A stretch of 64,000 nucleotides of DNA, taken from positions 4,774,001 to 4,838,000 of the forward strand of contig CP089275.1 in NCBI GenBank assembly GCA_023920165.1. The letters run 5' to 3'. Positions 56,525 through 64,000 of the stretch are shown here, in pieces; positions within the stretch are counted from its first letter, which is position 1; every line of letters starts with the position of its first letter. A program made the position numbers and the translations under genes. The DNA is from Curvularia clavata. Its lineage: Eukaryota. The notes beneath the pieces are model-generated. The model saw only the letters and a program-made list of their open reading frames with translations. It was not told the DNA's origin and did no database searches.

Positions 56525-59500
56525 ATGGAGGGACCATTGAACCCAGGGGCCCCGAATGGCAATGGCAGCATACGTACCCCCAGCCCCTCGCCACCCTCGA
56601 TAGATCCCCAGATCATCGTCGAACACCTGGAAAAGGTGCTCGATGTCAGTCTGGGAGCCTCTGAAAAAGACCTCTACGCCGCCGGCAGTCTGTTGTCGCC
56701 AGCCAAGCTGCCGGATACGCTCCAACGATGCGCCCGCTTTGCCTCGGAGGGGCAGTCGGTGCTGTACGTGGTAAAGGAGCGCGTAGATGAGGCTCGCATC
56801 GATGCCATCGATGGCGCAAATGGCACGTTCCCCGCTGCACGAGACCAAGGAGCGACCAAACTGACCGAAAGTGCAGCTACCCCCCAGCGCTTTACCTACA
56901 CTCTCTCCAGCGAAATCACGGCTTCTCCCACTTGCGCCGCATTTGTTGTTATTTCCAAGCGACCGATACCCATAGACCCCGCGATACCCCTTAGCCAGCA
57001 GGTCCTGATTCAGACCCTGCCGGGTTTTATACTTTCTAATAACGCTTCTTCGCCCGACGGCACGCCGTATGAGTTCCTTCGTTCGCTCATCCAGTCCGCT
57101 GTCGAGCCCTATTTCGACACTTACACCAAGAGCCAGCGTGATTTGGCGGGGAAATACAGCAAGGGCGACAACGATACAAGGACGGGAATTTCGGCGACAA
57201 GGAAGAAGATTGCTGAGCTCGCTGTGAGCTTGGGCAACCTGGAGCAGAATGTCGAGATTCCAGAATTGCTTTTGCCTCTGCACCCGCTCATTCAGAGTGC
57301 TTTGGATGAGGCCAACCAGCGCGGAGTAAAGCCCTCGCCAGAACTCATCCCTGCTGCGATTGTGCAGGACAGCAGCTTCCTCAACGGACTGCAGGCGACA
57401 GTGAACGGATGGATCAAGTCGATACAAACCATTACCAAGACCTCTCGGGATGTGTCGACTGGAACAGCTGCGCAAGAGATCAACTTTTGGATATCCATGG
57501 AATCGAGGCTGCACGATATCGAGACCCAACTTGGCAGCCCCGGTGTCAGACTCACGCTAGATGTATTGAAGAACGCAAAGCGCTTTCAGGCGACTGTCAG
57601 TTTCAGTGCAGACACCGGTCTGAAAGAGAGTACAGATCTTGTGCAAAAGTACAATCAGCTGATGCGCGAGTTTCCGCTTGACCAGCTACTGTCTTCGACT
57701 TCACTCCAGGCAGTTCAGGAAGCAATCCAATCTATCTTCAGCCACATGAACAAGAAGCTCCGCATTTGCCCATATCCTGTCCGCCGTGCTCTTCCCCTTG
57801 TCGAGGCGATTTCTGACGATCTCAACAAACAACTGCATAATTTGCTCCATGGCAAGACCCTTATGCACATGGACTACCCCGAGTTCCAGGCTATCATGGC
57901 GGTCGCCGAGAGCATCTGGCGCACTTGGGAGGAGAACGTCAAGGAATTCACCAACGTTGCGCGTGAAGTGACAAGGCGAAGAAACGAGAAGTTCATCCCC
58001 ATCAAGATTGCAGCGCGACACAAGGAGACCGAGGAGCGTATCCGCTACATCACTACCTTTCGCAAGAATCATGAGCAACTGCAGCGAACCATTGTCAATG
58101 TTCTAGGATCTCAATCGTCCATGTCTGAGAACGGATCAGCCAAGGAAACCGTCATTATCGAAGAGATTGGCGATGTGGATGCTGTCAAGGAGGTCAAGGA
58201 AGCTTACGACGTTCTGAAAGATGTTGATGTTCTGGACGTGACGCCCGAGGGCACACGGCTGTTTGAGCAAGCAGAGCAGAAGTACAATGAGCGTACTTCG
58301 CGTGTCGAAAATTCCATCATTGCCAGGCTGAGAGACCGCCTCGGTACTGCCAAGACAGCGAGTGAGATGTTCCGCGTCTTCTCCAAGTTCAACCCACTGT
58401 TTGTGCGACCAAAGATCCGGGGCGCCATCTCCGAGTACCAGACGCAGCTCATTGAGAATGTCAAACAGGATATTCTTGCTCTCCATGAGCGTTTCAAGCG
58501 GCAGTATGGCAACTCTGAAGCTCATGCTATGGCACAGCTGCGTGATTTCCCTCCCGTATCTGGTGCTGTTATTTGGGCCCGCCAGATCGAAACCCAGCTT
58601 GAGACCTACATGGGCAAAGTTGAGGACATTCTTGGCAAAGACTGGGCGCTCCATGCGGAAGGTCAAAAGCTTCAGGCTGAGAGTAGTATGTTCAAGAAGA
58701 AGCTCGATACCAGGCCCATCTTCGAGTCGTGGCTCCAAGAAGTTGCGAGGAGGAAGTTGTCCATCTCCGGACGACTTTTCCTGGTCAGCAGGAACCGTGC
58801 TGCTGGCAACATCCTCGAGCTGAATGTCAACTTCGATGCGCAAGTCATTGCGCTTTTCAAAGAGGTTCGCAACTTGACATGGCGTGGTTACCAGGTTCCA
58901 CACGGTATCAACAACATTTCCAAGGAGGCCAAGCGTGTTTACCCTTACGCAGTGAGCCTCATGGAGAGTGTGCGCACCTACACTCAGACTGTGCGCTCAA
59001 TCACCGAGATGGGCAGTGTCGCCTTACTCCTTAACAACTACGTCAACGATGTTCAAGCACTTGTTGGCAAAGGTGTACCTCTTAAGTGGGAGTCTTTCGT
59101 TCACGCTTATGACCTCCATGTGAGGCAGTCTGGTTTCCCAGTTGGTGGTGGCAGTGTCCGCAGTGAAAGCAAGCACGTGCAGTTTGTCCGCGACTTCGCT
59201 GCTGCGACCTCCTTGCTGCAGCTGAAGGTCGCCACTTTGGTGAACATCAACGCCGCAGTTGAGAAGGCACTAAAGGACTTGGAAACATGTCCTTACACCA
59301 AGGATGCTTTCCAGCAAAACCTCGAGACTATCCAAAAGTCTATTGACCAGCTTAACCTTGAGAACTATGCCAACCTTGCCTCTTGGGTTTCTGATATGAA
59401 CGCGCGTATTGAGTCTATCTTGCTGGTTCGACTGAGCAGGGCTATTGCCTTGTGGATCGAGGTTTTCAATAATGTTGACGAAGAGAACCAAGACCGACGC

Positions 59501-62500
59501 ACAATCAGCGAACATGCTTCCACAGAGGCGCCAGAGGTGAAGCCGACTTTGGCTCGGTTGACACTTGAGATTACCATGCGAAATCAGGTTATTTATCTCA
59601 GCCCCCCAGTCGAATATGCCCGAGCAAGCTGGCTTGAGCAGCTTCAACAATGGCTCGCTATTGTTTGCACGCTCCAGAAGATCAAGGCCTCGCGATACGA
59701 GATCCGACTTGAAGCAACCAATGATACCTCCGTCAGCCAATTCTCAGATCTGCCGAGTCGATGCACCGATTCGCTTATTGAGGTGTACGGTGCCGTAGAA
59801 GGAAAGCTTCGCGATATTTCCTCTTACGTTGACGAGTGGCTTCAGTTCCAGTCCCTCTGGGATCTGCAGTCTGACCATGTTTATGACATCCTTGGAGAGG
59901 ACCTCTCCCGGTGGTTGCAGCTCCTCCAGGAGATCCGCAAGACTCGTGCCACCTTTGATAACTCGGACATCAGTCGCCAATTCGGCTACGTCACAGTCGA
60001 CTACGACCAAGTACAGGTCAAGGTCAATGCCAAGTACGATCAATGGCAACAAGAGATCCTTACCAAGTTTGCTAGCAGGCTTGGTCAGCGCATGAACGAC
60101 GTTTATGTGCAGATTGAGAAGGCTCGCAAAGATCTTGAGATGCAGACTCTCGAGGCGTCCTCTACTGCTCAGGCCGTTTCCTTCATTACAACTGTCCAGC
60201 AGTGCAAGAGGAAGGTCATGGAATGGGAACCTGAGATTTCTACATTCCGTCAGGGCCAAGCTACATTAGCTCGTCAGCGCTACCAGTTCCCATCGGACTG
60301 GCTGCAGATGGAGCAAATCGACCATGAATGGCAGACGCTGAATGAGGTCTTGGATAGGAAAAACAAGATTGCGAACGACCAGGCCGACGCACTGAAAGCA
60401 AAGATCGATGCGGAAGACAAGGTCGTCAATCGAAAGATCATTGACATCACAGGGGAGTGGGCTGAGGAGAAGCCCGTGGCTGGTAACCTTGCGCCTGCGG
60501 ATGCTTCTGCCATCCTGGCCAAATTCGACCAGAAGCTTAGCCAGCTCCAGACCGAGTCTAGCAACATCTCGAAAGCCAAGGAGGCCCTTGCCTTGCCACC
60601 ATCTCCAGAGAATGCGCTCGAGACTCTGCTAGAAGAAGTGCAAGATTTCAAGTCTGTCTGGTCAGCGCTTGGCACCATCTGGGCCAGTATTGATGAGCTT
60701 CGTGAAGTGCTGTGGACCAGCATCCAGCCTCGTAAACTTCGGCAGAACCTCGATAACCTGCTGAAGATGACCAAAGACATGCCCAGCCGCATGCGACAAT
60801 ACCAGGCTTTCGAATACGTCCAGACTACCCTGAAGCAATTGCTCAAGGAGAATGCAATCCTTGCTGAGCTGCGTTCTGATGCGGTCAAGGAACGTCACTG
60901 GGCAAAGATCTTCAAGAACCTGAGACCGCACAAGCGATACTCCGCCATCTCGATGACCCTTGGTGACGTTTGGGATCTCAAGCTTGGTCCTAGCGAGAAG
61001 ATCATTCGCGATGTCATTACTCAAGCTGCAGGTGAAATGGCACTGGAAGAGTTCCTTAAGCAGGTTCGCGAGACCTGGCAAAACTATGCTCTGGAACTAG
61101 TCAACTACCAGAACAAGTGCCGCCTCATTAGGGGTTGGGATGACCTGTTTGCTAAGTGCAGCGAGAACCTTAACTCTCTTCAAGCTATGAGACATTCGCC
61201 TTACTACAAGGAGTTTGAAGAGGAGGCATCTTCTTGGGAAGATAAGCTGAACCGTGTTCACGTCCTTTTCGATGTCTGGATCGATGTGCAGCGTCAATGG
61301 GTTTACCTAGAGGGTGTCTTCACAGGCAACGCTGACATCAAGCACCTGCTTCCCATGGAGTCAGCTCGTTTCCAGAACATTAACTCTGAGTTCTTGTCGG
61401 TCATGAAGAAGGTCTCGCGTCAGCCCTTTGTACTCGAAGTTCTCAACATTTCCGGAGTGCAAAAGTCGCTTGAGCGCCTTGCTGAGCTTCTTAACAAGAT
61501 TCAAAAGGCTCTTGGAGAATACCTTGAGCGCGAACGTGTATCATTCCCCCGCTTTTACTTCGTTGGTGACGAGGATCTGCTGGAAATTATCGGTAACAGC
61601 AATGACGTTCTGCGCATCGCTAAGCACCTGCGCAAGATGTTTGCTGGTATCTCTGGTCTGATCACCGATGAAGATGGAGTCATTCAAGGTTTCACTTCCA
61701 AGGAAGGAGAAGAGGTTCAACTTCGCAAGGAAATCTCACTGGTAAAGACACCCAGGATCAATGAGTGGCTCGGTGCCCTTGAGGCCAACATGAAGACTAC
61801 GCTAGCTGAGCTTACGTATGAGGCCTACGAAGAGTTTGCTCAACTCATTGCACCAGACACGATGGACTCGGACGCTTTTATGGAGTATATTGCCAAGTAC
61901 CCGACTCAAGTTGTCGTTCTTGGAACCCAAATCGCCTGGACTCACGCCGTGGAGAAGTCGCTTGCTGAAGAGGGAGCAACCTTGCCCAAGCTATACGAGA
62001 AGCAAGTCAATGTTCTCAAGCTGCTCGCTACCGCTGTCCTCGGAGACCTCGAACCCATTCAACGTCGCAAGTGTGAAGACCTCATTACCGAGTTCGTTCA
62101 CCAGCGCGATGTCATTCACAAGCTGGACAAAGTTGGTGCGCGCTCGCCAACTCACCACATGTGGCTGCTTTGCATGCGATATGTATACGAGCCTGGCAAC
62201 GACCTGCTTCAACGACTGAGGATTAAGATGGCAAACGCTGTGCTTGACTACGGTTTCGAATACCTAGGCGTCGCTGATCGCCTGGTGCGCACCCCTCTTA
62301 CCGACCGCTGTTTCCTCACTCTTACCCAAGCGCTTTGCCAGCGACTTGGTGGTTCTCCATATGGTCCAGCCGGTACTGGTAAGACTGAATCCGTCAAGGC
62401 TCTCGGTGTACAGCTTGGACGTTTCACCTTGGTCTTCTGCTGTGACGATACATTCGACTTCCAAGCCATGGGTCGTATCTTCCTCGGTATCTGCCAGGTC

Positions 62501-64000
62501 GGTGCTTGGGGATGTTTCGATGAGTTCAACCGTTTAGAAGAACGTATTCTCTCGGCCGTTTCTCAGCAAATTCAGAACATCCAATTGGGTCTCAAGAAGG
62601 GCGCTGAGGATGACAAGTCCCAGATTGAACTTATCGGTCGCCAGCTCAAGGTCAACGGTAACACTGGAGTCTTCATCACCATGAACCCTGGCTACGCGGG
62701 TCGTTCGAACTTGCCCGACAATCTCAAGAAGCTTTTCCGAAGCGTTGCCATGTCCAAACCCGACAAAGAACTTATTGCCGAAGTCATGTTATACTCCCAA
62801 GGTTTCTCTCAAGCCAAGGAGCTGTCGAAGCAAGTCGTACCGTTCTTCGACAGGTGTTCATCAGGACTCTCCAAGCAGGCTCATTATGACTTTGGTCTTC
62901 GTGCATTGAAGAGTGTGCTTGTTAGCTCTGGTGGACTGAAGCGTGCTCGTCTCGCTCATCAAGAGGACTCAACGCTGGATGAGGAAGGCATGGAGCCTCA
63001 GATTATCATTCAGAGTTTGCGCGAGACGATCGCACCCAAGCTCATCCGCTCTGATGTTGAGCTCATGATGGCTATTCAGGAAGAGTCATTCCCTGGCGTC
63101 CAATACGTTCCGGCTCCTCTCGACAAGCTGACTGAAGCCATCCACAAGTGTGCTGCAGAGTCCAAGCTTGTCGTTAGTGATTCATGGATGACCAAGATTA
63201 TCCAGCTGTACCAGATTCAGAAGTTACACCACGGTGTCATGATGGTTGGTTCTTCTGGTTCTGGAAAGTCTACAGCCTGGAGGACGCTTCTCTCCGCTTT
63301 GCAAGCCGTAGAAGGTGTTGAGGGTGTTTGCCACGTTATCGACCCCAAGGTTATGTCCAAAGAGCAGCTCTATGGAACGCTGGACAGCACAACGCGTGAG
63401 TGGACCGACGGTCTTTTCACCAGCATCTTGCGTAAGATCGTGGACAACCTCCGTGGTGAAGACAGCAAGCGACACTGGATCGTATTCGATGGTGATGTAG
63501 ACCCCGAATGGGTTGAGAACTTGAACTCTGTGCTCGATGACAACAAGCTTCTTACGCTGCCCAACGGAGAGCGTCTCAACCTCCCGTCCAACGTCCGCAT
63601 CATGTTCGAAGTCGAGACACTCAAGTACGCAACGCTCGCCACAGTCTCTCGTTGCGGTATGGTCTGGTTCAGCGACGACACCGTTGAGGTCGATATGATG
63701 ATCAAGAACTACATTGAACACCTCAAGACGGTGCCATTTGAGGACATTGAGGACGACTCCGTCGCTCCTGGACAAATGTCCCAGAAAACTCTTGCAACTC
63801 AAGGAGTGGTTGCTGACTTTCTGCACATTAAGCTCACTCAGGATCGCTTTATTGAAAAAGCGCTCAGCATGGCGAGGAAATTCAAGCATATCATGGAGTA
63901 CACCGATATCCGCGCGCTCAACACGCTCTTCTCGTTGCTCAACAAGGCATGCCGCAATGTGCTTGAGTACAACGTGCAGCACCCGGACTTCTCTCTTGAG
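56525..64000 (+). CDS. DYN1: Cytoplasmic dynein heavy chain (nudA/ro-1 orthologue); continues past the window end
   Basis: One frame from the ATG at 56525: [39 protein letters not shown]1 GPAGTGKTE (62363), [36 protein letters not shown]2 GSSGSGKS (63248), [30 protein letters not shown]. Confidence 0.98.
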   Translation, partial: MEGPLNPGAPNGNGSIRTPSPSPPSIDPQIIVEHLEKVLDVSLGASEKDLYAAGSLLSPAKLPDTLQRCARFASEGQSVLYVVKERVDEARIDAIDGANGTFPAARDQGATKLTESAATPQRFTYTLSSEITASPTCAAFVVISKRPIPIDPAIPLSQQVLIQTLPGFILSNNASSPDGTPYEFLRSLIQSAVEPYFDTYTKSQRDLAGKYSKGDNDTRTGISATRKKIAELAVSLGNLEQNVEIPELLLPLHPLIQSALDEANQRGVKPSPELIPAAIVQDSSFLNGLQATVNGWIKSIQTITKTSRDVSTGTAAQEINFWISMESRLHDIETQLGSPGVRLTLDVLKNAKRFQATVSFSADTGLKESTDLVQKYNQLMREFPLDQLLSSTSLQAVQEAIQSIFSHMNKKLRICPYPVRRALPLVEAISDDLNKQLHNLLHGKTLMHMDYPEFQAIMAVAESIWRTWEENVKEFTNVAREVTRRRNEKFIPIKIAARHKETEERIRYITTFRKNHEQLQRTIVNVLGSQSSMSENGSAKETVIIEEIGDVDAVKEVKEAYDVLKDVDVLDVTPEGTRLFEQAEQKYNERTSRVENSIIARLRDRLGTAKTASEMFRVFSKFNPLFVRPKIRGAISEYQTQLIENVKQDILALHERFKRQYGNSEAHAMAQLRDFPPVSGAVIWARQIETQLETYMGKVEDILGKDWALHAEGQKLQAESSMFKKKLDTRPIFESWLQEVARRKLSISGRLFLVSRNRAAGNILELNVNFDAQVIALFKEVRNLTWRGYQVPHGINNISKEAKRVYPYAVSLMESVRTYTQTVRSITEMGSVALLLNNYVNDVQALVGKGVPLKWESFVHAYDLHVRQSGFPVGGGSVRSESKHVQFVRDFAAATSLLQLKVATLVNINAAVEKALKDLETCPYTKDAFQQNLETIQKSIDQLNLENYANLASWVSDMNARIESILLVRLSRAIALWIEVFNNVDEENQDRRTISEHASTEAPEVKPTLARLTLEITMRNQVIYLSPPVEYARASWLEQLQQWLAIVCTLQKIKASRYEIRLEATNDTSVSQFSDLPSRCTDSLIEVYGAVEGKLRDISSYVDEWLQFQSLWDLQSDHVYDILGEDLSRWLQLLQEIRKTRATFDNSDISRQFGYVTVDYDQVQVKVNAKYDQWQQEILTKFASRLGQRMNDVYVQIEKARKDLEMQTLEASSTAQAVSFITTVQQCKRKVMEWEPEISTFRQGQATLARQRYQFPSDWLQMEQIDHEWQTLNEVLDRKNKIANDQADALKAKIDAEDKVVNRKIIDITGEWAEEKPVAGNLAPADASAILAKFDQKLSQLQTESSNISKAKEALALPPSPENALETLLEEVQDFKSVWSALGTIWASIDELREVLWTSIQPRKLRQNLDNLLKMTKDMPSRMRQYQAFEYVQTTLKQLLKENAILAELRSDAVKERHWAKIFKNLRPHKRYSAISMTLGDVWDLKLGPSEKIIRDVITQAAGEMALEEFLKQVRETWQNYALELVNYQNKCRLIRGWDDLFAKCSENLNSLQAMRHSPYYKEFEEEASSWEDKLNRVHVLFDVWIDVQRQWVYLEGVFTGNADIKHLLPMESARFQNINSEFLSVMKKVSRQPFVLEVLNISGVQKSLERLAELLNKIQKALGEYLERERVSFPRFYFVGDEDLLEIIGNSNDVLRIAKHLRKMFAGISGLITDEDGVIQGFTSKEGEEVQLRKEISLVKTPRINEWLGALEANMKTTLAELTYEAYEEFAQLIAPDTMDSDAFMEYIAKYPTQVVVLGTQIAWTHAVEKSLAEEGATLPKLYEKQVNVLKLLATAVLGDLEPIQRRKCEDLITEFVHQRDVIHKLDKVGARSPTHHMWLLCMRYVYEPGNDLLQRLRIKMANAVLDYGFEYLGVADRLVRTPLTDRCFLTLTQALCQRLGGSPYGPAGTGKTESVKALGVQLGRFTLVFCCDDTFDFQAMGRIFLGICQVGAWGCFDEFNRLEERILSAVSQQIQNIQLGLKKGAEDDKSQIELIGRQLKVNGNTGVFITMNPGYAGRSNLPDNLKKLFRSVAMSKPDKELIAEVMLYSQGFSQAKELSKQVVPFFDRCSSGLSKQAHYDFGLRALKSVLVSSGGLKRARLAHQEDSTLDEEGMEPQIIIQSLRETIAPKLIRSDVELMMAIQEESFPGVQYVPAPLDKLTEAIHKCAAESKLVVSDSWMTKIIQLYQIQKLHHGVMMVGSSGSGKSTAWRTLLSALQAVEGVEGVCHVIDPKVMSKEQLYGTLDSTTREWTDGLFTSILRKIVDNLRGEDSKRHWIVFDGDVDPEWVENLNSVLDDNKLLTLPNGERLNLPSNVRIMFEVETLKYATLATVSRCGMVWFSDDTVEVDMMIKNYIEHLKTVPFEDIEDDSVAPGQMSQKTLATQGVVADFLHIKLTQDRFIEKALSMARKFKHIMEYTDIRALNTLFSLLNKACRNVLEYNVQHPDFSLE

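Noticed and set aside
56312..63982. Many antisense and off-frame ORFs (405, 255, 252 and 202 aa) over dynein
   Set aside because: They are shadows of the single dynein frame, which the track omits because it has no stop inside the window.

Overview
This is eukaryotic, intron-containing DNA from a filamentous ascomycete. Short 46-80 nt introns with CTAAC/CTGAC branch points, Zn2Cys6 factors and the gene set suggest a Dothideomycete/Pleosporales-type fungus (inference). About 24 protein genes can be supported. Left arm: BUD3-type RhoGEF (runs off the 5' edge), DCC1, a hemerythrin-domain protein, a DUF3112-type membrane protein, a secreted tyrosinase-like protein, a DUF4202-type protein, a head-to-head pair of Zn2Cys6 transcription factors, a SulP permease and an F-box-like Cys-rich protein. 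Middle (about 27.2-35.5 kb): a gene-poor island holding a hidden 3-exon coiled-coil gene that the ORF track misses, then a Tri12-type MFS pump and an apparently frameshifted acidic ORF. Right arm: dense housekeeping genes (SDR, S10 carboxypeptidase, DPB3-like histone fold, Poa1-type macrodomain, Rieske RIP1, BCP1, GUA1, ClC channel, cytoplasmic dynein heavy chain running off the 3' edge). I saw no rRNA, tRNA, CRISPR array, intact transposon or secondary-metabolite backbone gene. Best leads: the divergent Zn2Cys6 pair, a macrodomain with a PIP-box-like N-terminus, the hidden Mug135-like gene, three GC-AG introns, a likely stop-riddled pseudogene, and an RRPE-like inverted repeat in the BCP1/GUA1 spacer. 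All family assignments come from motif recognition by eye; no database search was run.
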